Assembly: GCA_021776455.1 (NCBI GenBank)
Contig: JAJFFX010000038.1
Location: 1,060-65,059 of the forward strand
Length of the DNA stretch: 64,000 bases
Direction: 5' to 3'
Origin: Hyphococcus sp.
GTDB taxonomy: Bacteria; Pseudomonadota; Alphaproteobacteria; Caulobacterales; Parvularculaceae
Shown here: one piece after another, positions 30,932-40,922 of the stretch
How the letters are laid out: each line of letters starts with the position of its first letter
Position numbering within the stretch: the stretch's first letter is position 1
The notes under the pieces: model-generated
Database searches by the model: none
Seen by the model: only the letters and a program-made list of their open reading frames with translations
What the model was told of the DNA's origin: nothing
Program-made: the position numbers and the translations under genes

Positions 30932-31504
30932 ATGACTTACTACAAAGCCTTCAACAAAGATCTCTGCTGCAGAGGACTGCAATTCTCTATCGGAGAGACC
31001 ATGTCCGTTGAAGGAGATATAGAGATGTGTAAGAACGGTATCCACTGTTGTAAGCAGGCTATGGATTGTCTTCGATACTACACGCGAGAAGTGTCTCGCT
31101 TTTGCGAGGTGGTACCCTCTGGTGAAATGATTACTGATGGGGATAAGACTGTTTGTAAAAGTATTACTGTGGTTAGAGAGATTGTAGGAGAAGAGCTCTC
31201 TGATCTTCTTAGTGGTCCGTATAAGAGTTGGCACGCAAACGGTCAACTACTACGAGAGTGCACCTACAAGGACGGTAAGAAGGACGGTCTATATAAGAGC
31301 TGGAACGAGAACGGTCAACTGTGGCTGGAGGGTACCTATAAGGACGGTGAGCTGGATGGTCCATGCAAGAGGTGGAATTATAACGGTAAACCGTGGAAAG
31401 ATTGCACCTACAAAGATGGCAAGCTGGATGGTCCATGCAAGAGGTGGAACCGAGACGGGCAACTGATAATAGAGTGTTCCTACAAGGACGGTGAACAGGT
31501 GTAA
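30932..31504 (+). CDS. Array unit 2: YKAF domain + about 4 MORN repeats, 190 aa
   Basis: Same architecture as unit 1. Confidence 0.85.
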   Translation: MTYYKAFNKDLCCRGLQFSIGETMSVEGDIEMCKNGIHCCKQAMDCLRYYTREVSRFCEVVPSGEMITDGDKTVCKSITVVREIVGEELSDLLSGPYKSWHANGQLLRECTYKDGKKDGLYKSWNENGQLWLEGTYKDGELDGPCKRWNYNGKPWKDCTYKDGKLDGPCKRWNRDGQLIIECSYKDGEQV

Positions 31505-31542
31505 TTGATTTTATTTGTCTGACAAACTTGGTCAAACAAACT

Positions 31543-32190
31543 ATGACTTTCTACAAAGCTTTCGACAAAGATCTCTGTTGCAGGAAACTGCAGTACACGA
31601 TCGGAGAGACTACGTCCGTTGAAGGAGAGATAGAGATGTGCAAGAACGGTATCCACTGTTGTAAGCAGGCTCTGTCATGTCTTCAGTACTACGAGCGGGA
31701 CACTTCTCGCTTTTGTGAGGTGATATCCTCTGGTGAAACGATTACGGAAGGGAATAAGACTGTTTGCAGAGGAATTACTGTGGTCAGAGAGATTGTAGGC
31801 GAAGAGCTCTCCGCTCTCCTTACAGGCCCGTATAAGTGCTGGTACGATAACGGGCAACTGTCGTACGAGTGCACACACAAGGACGGTAAGAAAGAGGGTC
31901 AATACAAGTATTGGCACAAAAACGGTCAGCTGCGGGGAGAGGGCACATACAAGGACGGTAAGCGGGATGGCCTGCACACGATGTGGCACAAGAACGGTCA
32001 ACTGTGGAAAGAGTTTTCCTGCAAGGATGATAAGCTGGATGGCCCACACAAGGAGTGGTACGCAGACGGGCAACTGCATAGAGAGTATACCTACAAGGAT
32101 GATAAGCCCAATGGTCTATACAAGGAATGGTGCAGCAACGGTCAACTGTGGGCGGAATGTATGTTCAAGGATGGTAAAGCGTATAATTGA
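31543..32190 (+). CDS. Array unit 3: YKAF domain + about 5 MORN repeats, 215 aa
   Basis: Same architecture as unit 1. Confidence 0.85.
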   Translation: MTFYKAFDKDLCCRKLQYTIGETTSVEGEIEMCKNGIHCCKQALSCLQYYERDTSRFCEVISSGETITEGNKTVCRGITVVREIVGEELSALLTGPYKCWYDNGQLSYECTHKDGKKEGQYKYWHKNGQLRGEGTYKDGKRDGLHTMWHKNGQLWKEFSCKDDKLDGPHKEWYADGQLHREYTYKDDKPNGLYKEWCSNGQLWAECMFKDGKAYN

Positions 32191-32224
32191 TTTTATATGT
32201 TTGACAAACTTGGTCAAACAAACT

Positions 32225-32992
32225 ATGACCTTCTACAAAGCCTTTGACAAAGATCTCTGTTGCAGGAAACTCCAGTACACGATCGGAGAGACTACGTTCG
32301 TTGAAGGAGATATAAAGATGTGTGTGAACGGGATTCACTGTTGTAAGCAGGCTCTTTCATGTCTTCAGTACTATAGACGGGATGACTCTCGCTTTTGTGA
32401 GGTGGTACCTTCTGGTGAAATGATTACTGAAGGAAACAAGACTGTTTGCAGAAGCATTACCGTGGTTAGAGAGCTTACAGGAGAAGAACTCTCGACTCTC
32501 CTTACAGGCCCGTATAAGTCCTGGTACGATAACGGTCAACCGCGGATAGAGTACACATACAAGGACGGTAGGAAGAATGGCCTATACAAGGAGTGGCACG
32601 AAAACGGTCAACTGCAGATAGAGTTCACATACAAGGACGGTGCGAAGGAGGGCCAATACAAGATCTGGCACGAAAACGGTCAGCTGTGGAATGAGTGCAC
32701 CTACAAGGATGGTAAGCTGGATGGACCATATAAGAAGTGGTACACAAACGGCCAACTGTGGGAAGGGTGCTCCTTCAAGGATGATAAGCAGGATGGGTCG
32801 TCCAAAGAGTGGTACGCAGACGGTCGACTGTCGGAAGAGTGCACCTATAAGGACGGTAAGCTGGACGGTCTATATAAGAGCTGGAACGAGAACGGTCAAC
32901 TGTGGATGGAGTGTTCCTTCAAGGACGGTGTGAAGGACGGTCAATACAAGTCCTGGTGTGATAACGATCGGTTGGAGGTAAGAAGGATGTAA
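32225..32992 (+). CDS. Array unit 4: YKAF domain + about 6-7 MORN repeats, 255 aa, decayed tail to about 33180
   Basis: Same architecture; frameshifted MORN remnants follow the stop. Confidence 0.85.
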   Translation: MTFYKAFDKDLCCRKLQYTIGETTFVEGDIKMCVNGIHCCKQALSCLQYYRRDDSRFCEVVPSGEMITEGNKTVCRSITVVRELTGEELSTLLTGPYKSWYDNGQPRIEYTYKDGRKNGLYKEWHENGQLQIEFTYKDGAKEGQYKIWHENGQLWNECTYKDGKLDGPYKKWYTNGQLWEGCSFKDDKQDGSSKEWYADGRLSEECTYKDGKLDGLYKSWNENGQLWMECSFKDGVKDGQYKSWCDNDRLEVRRM

Positions 32993-33218
32993 AAACTGGT
33001 AAGTGAACGGTCAACCGGGTCATGAGTGCACCTACAAGTATGTAAGAGTTGGTACGAAAGCGGTCGACTGGAACAAGAGCGCACTTATAAGGACGGTAAG
33101 CTCGATGGCCCATATAAGGACTGGTACGAAAACGGTCAACCGTGGGACGAGTGCACCTTCAAGGATAATAAAGTGTGTAATTGATTTTATTTGTTTAACA
33201 AACTTGGTCAAACAAACT

Positions 33219-34220
33219 ATGACCTTCTATAAAGCTTTCGACGAAGATCTCTGCTGTAGAAAACTGCAATTCGCCATCGGAGAGACTACATCCGTTGAAG
33301 GAGATATAAAGATGTGTGTGAACGGGATTCACTGTTGTAAGCAGGCTCTTTCATGTCTTCAGTACTACGAGCGGGACACTTCTCGCTTTTGTGAGGTGGT
33401 ATCCTCTGGTGAAACGATTACGGAAGGAAACAAGACTGTTTGCAGAGGAATTACTGTGGTCAGAGAGATTGTAGGAGAAGAGCTCTCTAGCCTCCTTAGT
33501 GGCCCGCATAAGAGTTGGCACGCAAACGGCCAACTACTACGAGAGTGCACCTACAAGGATGGTAAGCTGGATGGTCTATACAAGTATTGGTACTCAAACG
33601 GTCAACTGTGGATCGAGCACACCTACAAGGACGGTAAGAGTTGGTACAAGAACGGTCAGCTGTGTGAGGAGTTCACCTACAAGGACGGTAAGAAGGATGG
33701 CCACTACAAGGAGTGGTACAAGAGCGGCCAACCGTGGAGAGAATGCAGTTACAAGGATGGTAAGCTGGATGGCCTATATAGGGACTGGTACATAAACGGT
33801 CAACTGTGGGAAGAGTGCACCTACAAGGATGATGGGCGGGATGGTCTATGCAAGCAGTGGTACGAGAACGGTCAGATGCGGGAAGAATGCACCTACAAGA
33901 ATAGTAAGCTGGATGGCCCATATAAGAAGTGGCACTGGAACGGACAGCTGGAGGTTGAGTCTTCCTTCAAGGACGGTGCGGAGGACGGTCAATACAAGTC
34001 CTGGTGTGATAACGGTCGGCTGTCGGAAGAGTGCACCTACAAGGACGGTAAGAAGGATGGCCAATATAAGAGCTGGTACGAAGAGGGTCAACCACTAGGA
34101 GAGTGCACCTACAAGGACGGTAAGAAGGATGGTCTACACAAGGTGTGGTGTGTGGGCGGTCAACCGTGGGAAGAGTGCACCTACAAGGACGGTAAGAAGG
34201 ATGTAAGAGCTGGTGAGTGA
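33219..34220 (+). CDS. Array unit 5: YKAF domain + about 10 MORN repeats, 333 aa, decayed tail to about 34365
   Basis: Same architecture; decayed tail nearly identical to that after unit 4. Confidence 0.85.
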   Translation: MTFYKAFDEDLCCRKLQFAIGETTSVEGDIKMCVNGIHCCKQALSCLQYYERDTSRFCEVVSSGETITEGNKTVCRGITVVREIVGEELSSLLSGPHKSWHANGQLLRECTYKDGKLDGLYKYWYSNGQLWIEHTYKDGKSWYKNGQLCEEFTYKDGKKDGHYKEWYKSGQPWRECSYKDGKLDGLYRDWYINGQLWEECTYKDDGRDGLCKQWYENGQMREECTYKNSKLDGPYKKWHWNGQLEVESSFKDGAEDGQYKSWCDNGRLSEECTYKDGKKDGQYKSWYEEGQPLGECTYKDGKKDGLHKVWCVGGQPWEECTYKDGKKDVRAGE

Positions 34221-34445
34221 ACGGTAAACCGGGTCATGAGTGCACCTACAAGTATGTAAGAGTTGGTACGAAAGCGGTCGACCGGAACAAGAGCGCACCT
34301 ACAAGTATGTAAGAGTTGGTACTAAAACGGTCACCTACAAGGACGGTAAGAGGGATGGTCTATAATTATTTGAAGAGCTCTCTTATCTTCTCAACGGTCT
34401 TCATAAGAGATATAGATATGTGTGGCGACCGCCACATATAACTTT

Positions 34446-35309
<864 letters not shown>

Positions 35310-35343
35310 TTTTACATTAGCTATGATTGTTTTAAACCTCTTT

Positions 35344-35586
35344 CTAGTCGGAATCGGTGCTACCCTCACTATCAGAGGGATATCCCGTCTTCTTGCCGCG
35401 TTTGGTTGGAACAGCTCTTGGCTTACCTGTTCCCTTTCCACTTGATTTCTTTGCATTGTTCTTCTGGTCAGCGATGGTCTGCCTGACGGCAGCTTTCACC
35501 TCCTGATCGACAATGCGGGAGATACCAGCCTCAAGAGTTGCGGCGACTTTATTAACCAATGTCCGAACCTTTTCGTTTGTGCTCAT
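35344..35586 (-). CDS. Small basic hypothetical protein
   Basis: 80-aa ORF with TAAATG start context. Confidence 0.5.
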   Translation of the reverse strand: MSTNEKVRTLVNKVAATLEAGISRIVDQEVKAAVRQTIADQKNNAKKSSGKGTGKPRAVPTKRGKKTGYPSDSEGSTDSD

Positions 35587-35680
35587 TTACAAGACCATAT
35601 GTATCCTTTAGACGAATAATGAAGACAATAGTTAGATTTTAATTGATAAGTATCATTAAGCTCATTGTCATAAATAAAAC

Positions 35681-35968
35681 ATGTCAGAGGATAGTAGGTG
35701 TCAGGAGCGAGTCACAGAGCTGAAACAAAAGCTATATGATTCTGAGGAGAAGATCCGAATACTACGAAGCCTTATCAAGGATCTTGAGGATACATGTGGA
35801 GATGTTAAGATACAACTTGCTGTAGCATGTAGCCACGAATCAGTTGAGCGTGAAAGGTACTACTACTCTGGGATGCACACCGCCGAATACGTGAGTAGGT
35901 GCCTAGTCTGTGATCAGGAGGTCGGCGAGGCCGTGTTTTATCGCGCGAAGAAAAAGCGTCATATCTAG
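35681..35968 (+). CDS. Small coiled-coil protein with CxH...CxxC
   Basis: Upstream AATTGA at 35641; CSH...CLVC. Confidence 0.55.
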   Translation: MSEDSRCQERVTELKQKLYDSEEKIRILRSLIKDLEDTCGDVKIQLAVACSHESVERERYYYSGMHTAEYVSRCLVCDQEVGEAVFYRAKKKRHI

Positions 35969-36019
35969 TGGAAAGTGATAAATTGAACATGAAAATATCT
36001 TGCCCTCACTTATCAAAAT

Positions 36020-36733
36020 ATGGCAGTATGCTTAATTAACGATTTATCTACCGACTTAGTTATGACAGATGTGCTCCACCATCTGTCAGGAAGGGACATT
36101 GAGAGAGTCCATAAGGTAAGCAGAAGTCTTAGGGAGATGATCAAGGATCCAGTCGATGGAAAGCGGTTGTTGTCACAGCATTGGGATTTTAAAGAGGTTA
36201 GGTATGACGACGGTCAGTTGAAGGAAGAGTCGTCTACCCTGGATGGTAAACCGGAAGGCCTCTGTAAGAAATGGTATCCGAACAAACAGTTGATGGATGA
36301 GTGCACCTACAAGGATGGGGAAATAGAAGGGACGTGCAAGGAGTGGTACCCAAACGGTCAACTGGGGCTAGAGTCTTTCTATGAAGATGGAAAGAAGGAG
36401 GGTCCGTTCAAGACGTGGTACCTAAACGGTCAACTGGATCGAGAGTGCACCTATAAGAACGGTAAGTTGGAGGGTCCGGATACTGAGTGGTACCCAAACG
36501 GTCAACTGGGGCTAGAGTCTTTCTATGAAGATGGAAAGAAGGAGGGTCCGTTCAAGACGTGGTACAAGAACGGTCAACCGTGGGAAGATTGCACCTTCAA
36601 GGATGGGAAGCTGGAGGGTACACACAAGGCGTGGTATGATAACGGTCAACTGCATTACGAGGCCTTCCATACGGATGGAAAGCCGGATACGTGGAAGGCG
36701 TGGTACGCCAACGGACAGTTGATGCCAGAGTAG
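36020..36733 (+). CDS. F-box-like N-terminus + MORN-variant repeats
   Basis: LINDLSTDLVMTDVLHHLSGRDIERVHKVSR is F-box-like; WYPNGQL repeats include an exact ~80-nt internal duplication (near 36341 and 36485). Confidence 0.75.
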   Translation: MAVCLINDLSTDLVMTDVLHHLSGRDIERVHKVSRSLREMIKDPVDGKRLLSQHWDFKEVRYDDGQLKEESSTLDGKPEGLCKKWYPNKQLMDECTYKDGEIEGTCKEWYPNGQLGLESFYEDGKKEGPFKTWYLNGQLDRECTYKNGKLEGPDTEWYPNGQLGLESFYEDGKKEGPFKTWYKNGQPWEDCTFKDGKLEGTHKAWYDNGQLHYEAFHTDGKPDTWKAWYANGQLMPE

Positions 36734-36837
36734 GCTTGCAAGGACAATAAGTTGGGAGGCCCTGGTATGAAAACTAACAAAAGTTCTGAAATAATGCCTG
36801 TCTAACCTAGTTCTAAAAGATCACATCATTAACTGAA

Positions 36838-37233
36838 ATGACTGAGTGTGACTTTGAGTTTTGCAAGCATATCCCAATGTTTGGAGTCAGTGGCGCGGAT
36901 GTCACCAGATGTGAACAACACAGAGAAGAGGGAATGATTACTGACCCACTTCTGTTTAGGACTCACAACCCATCTAGCAATGGATATACATCGTACGCTA
37001 ACACTGTAGGACATGCGTTTGCTTCTGAGTGTATGTTCGTTAAGGACACGGTTCGATCAGATCCACCCCGCCAGGACGAACGGCAAGATGGTCATCGCGA
37101 ACGGCAAGATGGTCATCGCGGGAAGGGTGAGAGATTTCGGCGTGTCGGACGTACTGGAAAAGAGGAGGGAAAGGGAAACAGACAAGGAAAAAACCGTACA
37201 TACACCTCTGCTGACTCTAGATACGGTAGATAA
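36838..37233 (+). CDS. Hypothetical protein with EsV-1-7-like Cys/His motif
   Basis: C..C.HIPMFG.....RCEQHREEGM resembles the EsV-1-7 repeat; the C-terminal half is low complexity. Confidence 0.4.
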   Translation: MTECDFEFCKHIPMFGVSGADVTRCEQHREEGMITDPLLFRTHNPSSNGYTSYANTVGHAFASECMFVKDTVRSDPPRQDERQDGHRERQDGHRGKGERFRRVGRTGKEEGKGNRQGKNRTYTSADSRYGR

Positions 37234-37262
37234 CCTAGAAGAGATAGGCCTTTACTGGTTAG

Positions 37263-37895
37263 TTAACAGTCGTTGCTACCGGCTGGGACGTTACCGGTCA
37301 ATTCATTACTAAGTACTTCTTGATCATATAAACATACCGCCACTTGGCCCGATACACCGCAACCGACTTTAGACGCCGTTTTCCACATTAGCTGTGCGTA
37401 GTGCCCAGTCTGATCGCTCAACACCGGGGGATTCTTCGAATGATAGGCACTACACTCATTATACCAGTTCTCAACGGCCTGTGAGCCAGGATTAGCAGTA
37501 AACTCGATGTTCTTACCACATTGTGGGCCCGGACCGCAGAGAGCGCTGGTTACTTCTTTCCCTTCTTCTATAGCCCCCGATGCCGAAATGGATGCCGCAG
37601 TTTGAGAGGCTAAAGATGCGAGCTCAGCGTTCCACTGGAGCGCTGTAGGAGATCCTTGACCGTCCCAACCTTTTGTCCTATACTTGTTATGTTCAGATAA
37701 CCAGCTCCCCGAATCTACGGGAGGTACGCTTCCCCCGCCGGGTGTGGGTTGCGGACTGGGTCCCCCGCCTGGTGTGGGTTGCGGACTAGTTGAACTGGAC
37801 CCGTTAGGTTTGAGCAATACGTATGTGATCACACCCAGTGCGATCACAGCAATACTTCCGACGACCCACAGGATCATATTCTTATTCTTCGTCAT
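37263..37895 (-). CDS. Membrane-anchored CAP/SCP (PR-1-like) protein
   Basis: WLSEHNKYR, LQWNAELA, AVENWYNE, TGHYAQLMWKTASKVGCG, VCLY; N-terminal TM. Confidence 0.9.
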   Translation of the reverse strand: MTKNKNMILWVVGSIAVIALGVITYVLLKPNGSSSTSPQPTPGGGPSPQPTPGGGSVPPVDSGSWLSEHNKYRTKGWDGQGSPTALQWNAELASLASQTAASISASGAIEEGKEVTSALCGPGPQCGKNIEFTANPGSQAVENWYNECSAYHSKNPPVLSDQTGHYAQLMWKTASKVGCGVSGQVAVCLYDQEVLSNELTGNVPAGSNDC

Positions 37896-37942
37896 TTATC
37901 TACGTGTAGAAAAGGGTTTATAAGCTCAACCTCCCGCCGCAA

Positions 37943-38458
37943 ATGATGTTATCTCCGTACTTCTGGTTGACATTGCTCGCCATAATAGCAATTGTTGGTT
38001 GCGTTAGGATGTTCTATCTCCTTAAAGGGGAAGCAGATACCGACTCAAGGAGTGCTACCAATCTGACAAAAGGGATGATTGTTGTGCTGACCTTCACTCT
38101 CTTAGCACTCGGTTTATGTAGGATTAGTTCCAAAGGTCAGGAAGTCGTGACTGTCAAGCAAGTCTACCCCGTTATTGCTGGTGGTGGCTTGATCCTCATT
38201 ATCATGAGTGGCTTACTCTACTCGAAGACTTCTAAAATGACAACAATGATTAAGACCATCGCTAAGGTCATTCCAGCATGTGCAGTGATGATGACAGTTC
38301 TTGTGGGGTGGGAAATATGGACAGGCGATACACCAAACGCTGCTGAATTTCCCACAACATCCCCGGTTGCCGCTTCACTCGTCTCCGATAGCCCAAGTCC
38401 GTTCCAGCTCACACCCAGTTCAGAAGATGAACGTGCAACTAGCCCAGTACTAAATTGA
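37943..38458 (+). CDS. 4-TM membrane protein
   Basis: Four hydrophobic segments. Confidence 0.65.
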   Translation: MMLSPYFWLTLLAIIAIVGCVRMFYLLKGEADTDSRSATNLTKGMIVVLTFTLLALGLCRISSKGQEVVTVKQVYPVIAGGGLILIIMSGLLYSKTSKMTTMIKTIAKVIPACAVMMTVLVGWEIWTGDTPNAAEFPTTSPVAASLVSDSPSPFQLTPSSEDERATSPVLN

Positions 38459-38493
38459 TAAATCTGGCTGGAGTATTCAGGAATGATAGAAAC

Positions 38494-38850
38494 ATGACAC
38501 TTGAATTCGAGACCCTTATCAATGAAGGCGGAGTCAAAGCTGTGCGTGAGATTGTCTTTGATATTCTCAGAGGTGTATATCCCATCCAGGTTAACTGTGA
38601 TGAGGATGACTCGTCTACTGCCAAGAATCTTGAGGAGATGATAATCGTATCAGGACAGAACGTTATCAACTACACGTTCAACAATCTTCATCTGTATGTT
38701 GAGGATGAAGAATCCTTTCTCATCGAGATCATGGAGAATCTCGGTACCGATATGAAAATAGTCGCATCCATGGACGCCGCCACGTCTAGACAAGTCAGTT
38801 TGCGTCTTGTGTCCCTCATTGGCGTAGAAAAACTTATAAAATTAACGTAA
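38494..38850 (+). CDS. Hypothetical protein
   Basis: AAATTGA overlaps the upstream stop, with ATG about 40 nt later; hairpin at the 3' end. Confidence 0.55.
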   Translation: MTLEFETLINEGGVKAVREIVFDILRGVYPIQVNCDEDDSSTAKNLEEMIIVSGQNVINYTFNNLHLYVEDEESFLIEIMENLGTDMKIVASMDAATSRQVSLRLVSLIGVEKLIKLT

Positions 38851-38877
38851 AAAGCCCTAGGATACCTAGGGCTTTTT
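38849..38877. terminator. 3' hairpin between convergent genes
   Basis: AAAAAGCCCTAGG-ATA-CCTAGGGCTTTTT. Confidence 0.7.
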
Positions 38878-39740
38878 TAACGATGGACCGTCCTACCTAA
38901 AGAGATTCTCTTCCCATCAGCGTCCGGCGGTGATACATTACTTACGACCGTCTCCAGACTTCCATCAACTTTCCATCGTTTGAATTCTTCACAGCAACCG
39001 TCGATGTAGTATCTACTTTCATGTTGCTGACCTGTGGCGTACCACAGGTTGTGCTCTCCATCGCCTTCATTACCCTTCGCATACGTTCCACTCGCCCAAA
39101 GTTGTCCGTTGCTATGCCATACCTTGTACTCGCCGTCCTCAAGATCGTTCGCGAATGTTCTTCGTCTGCTCATTTGACCGTTGTCATGCCATTCCTCAAA
39201 CAGTCCTTCACATACGCCGTTCTTATACGTACCGAGTTCCCATATTTGGCCATTCTCATACCATGACTTAGCTGATCCGTGCCGATAACCTTTTGAGTAG
39301 TAACTCTCTTCCGCTAGCTCTCCGTTTTTGTAATGTGTACAGTTCAAGCCACAGATCCATCCATCAACGTATCTACGAGTTACCACTCTACCATCACCCT
39401 TTTCCCATTTGAGCACCCCAGTCAACGCTTCGATCAACTCTTCACCGACTATCTCCCTGAGGACAAGTATCGTCTCACAAACAGTCTCGTCACCTTCCGT
39501 AATAGACTTACCAAGCGATCGAACTTCACAAAAGCGGCTGTGTGACTTGTCAGGTGGCATCATTCCCATGAAGGGAATGCCGACTCGCGGATAATAGCGT
39601 AGACACGACAAGATGTTTTCACAGCAGTGAATCCCGTTCTCGCCCATCTTCAACTCACCCTCCACAGTCGTCGTCTCCCCTATAGCGTACTGGAGACCCT
39701 GACATGACATATCCGGGTCAAAAGCTTTGTAGTAAGTCAT
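38877..39740 (-). CDS. Dispersed YKAF-domain + MORN protein (divergent member)
   Basis: MTYYKAFDPDMSCQGLQY...NGIHCC...RFCEV; WYENGQ repeats. Confidence 0.8.
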   Translation of the reverse strand: MTYYKAFDPDMSCQGLQYAIGETTTVEGELKMGENGIHCCENILSCLRYYPRVGIPFMGMMPPDKSHSRFCEVRSLGKSITEGDETVCETILVLREIVGEELIEALTGVLKWEKGDGRVVTRRYVDGWICGLNCTHYKNGELAEESYYSKGYRHGSAKSWYENGQIWELGTYKNGVCEGLFEEWHDNGQMSRRRTFANDLEDGEYKVWHSNGQLWASGTYAKGNEGDGEHNLWYATGQQHESRYYIDGCCEEFKRWKVDGSLETVVSNVSPPDADGKRISLGRTVHR

Positions 39741-39826
39741 GTTTATAATTCTAACCATGTTTCCAAACCCACATCAATTTAGAGTAAAACTGATCATAGT
39801 TCATGTTTCCAGTCTATCATCATAAA

Positions 39827-40228
39827 ATGGGAACGAATTTCTACAGTTGCACCGAAGGGGATGAGACTGAACGTCATATCGGTAAGCAAAGCGGTGGTTG
39901 GCCATTTACCTTCAACTTCGATCTCTTCTTAGTCTGGGAATACACGAAGGACCCACGATGGGCCATCGTTAGACCATACATAGAGTGGACACATAACGGC
40001 GGTCCCCTGCGTTCTTCACGGGATGTGCCACTCACGGAAACCGACGTGTGGGACGCTCTGTCAACACCAGGTTACGAAATCATCCAGGATGAGTATGGTC
40101 GTGAGTTCTCACTCACAGAATTTAGGGATATGGTAGAATATGCCACACCCATCCTGCAAAGGAGCGATACGTACTTCGGATTATGGATAGGTAGAATGTA
40201 CTTCTCAAACCGTGAGACCTTTGAGTGA
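39827..40228 (+). CDS. Hypothetical protein (MGTNFY...HIGKQSGGWPF)
   Basis: N-terminal motif recalled from phage-like hypothetical proteins; IQDEYGREFS near the C-terminus. Confidence 0.6.
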   Translation: MGTNFYSCTEGDETERHIGKQSGGWPFTFNFDLFLVWEYTKDPRWAIVRPYIEWTHNGGPLRSSRDVPLTETDVWDALSTPGYEIIQDEYGREFSLTEFRDMVEYATPILQRSDTYFGLWIGRMYFSNRETFE

Positions 40229-40275
40229 GATATAAAAGTGATTAAACTCGTATACTTACTAGGTTAGTCTGAAAC

Positions 40276-40389
40276 ATGACTTACTACAAGGCTTTTGACC
40301 CCGACATGACATGTCAGGGTCTCCAGTACGCTATAGGGGAGCACTTCTACGAGGAGGGTAAGAAGTGCAAGGTCAGGACCGTGGCATAG
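40276..40389 (+). pseudogene. 37-aa stub: inverted near-copy of the 5' end of 38877-39740
   Basis: MTYYKAFDPDMTCQGLQYAIGE...; about 70 nt with 4 mismatches versus 39675-39744 on the opposite strand. Confidence 0.75.
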
Positions 40390-40427
40390 TGAATTGATTC
40401 ATTTGAATGAGTTAATTAATCAATCAA

Positions 40428-40853
40428 ATGACGTACTACAAAGCTTTCGACGAGAATCTCTGTTGTAGAGGACTACAGTTCTCCATCGGACAGACTAAGA
40501 TGTGTGAAACCCTTCTCTGCTGCTGGAATGAGGCTTTAGCATGTCTTCAGTACTCCTCACAAGCCTCTCGTTTCTGCGAGGTCATGCCAGAAGGTGATAC
40601 ACTTACGGAAGGAAACAAGACTTTCTGTGAAGGAGTCACTGTAGTTAAAGAGATCGTTGGAAGTGAGCTAGCATCTCTTCTCAGTGGTACACATAGTTGC
40701 TGGTATGGAGAAGAGATGCTGAAGAAGTATTCCTATGTCAACGGTAAGTTAAAAACTATGTCTAAGTGTCGTTATAAAAATGGTGAATTGTGGGAGATGT
40801 GCACTTACTCCGGTGACTCCATACGGGTAACTGATACGCTGGATTTATATTAG
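40428..40853 (+). CDS. YKAF-domain protein with eroded MORN region
   Basis: MTYYKAFDENLCCRGLQF...RFCEV with an internal deletion. Confidence 0.7.
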   Translation: MTYYKAFDENLCCRGLQFSIGQTKMCETLLCCWNEALACLQYSSQASRFCEVMPEGDTLTEGNKTFCEGVTVVKEIVGSELASLLSGTHSCWYGEEMLKKYSYVNGKLKTMSKCRYKNGELWEMCTYSGDSIRVTDTLDLY

Positions 40854-40922
40854 AGGAATGGACGTCCATTCCTCTGTTTCGGAATTGATTGTCGGACGAA
40901 ATGTCCAGTCTGTATTCAAACT

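Larger units (their letters stand above)
30172..34370 (+). repeat. Head-to-tail array of YKAF-domain/MORN gene units
   Basis: Junction (T)AATTGATTTTATTTGyTTGACmAACTTGrTCAAACAAACTATGACyTwCTA recurs near 30172 (AACTGA variant), 30354, 30892, 31503, 32185 and 33179. Confidence 0.92.

Noticed and set aside
30286-33218. Long N-terminal extensions of array ORFs in the track (30286, 30710, 31967, 33003)
   Set aside because: They read through the previous unit in another frame and through the junction; the conserved ATG follows the cassette.
30172-34370. CRISPR array or diversity-generating retroelement
   Set aside because: Segments between repeats are 0.2-1 kb paralogous genes, not spacers; no cas or reverse transcriptase gene in the window and no obvious adenine-restricted variation by eye.
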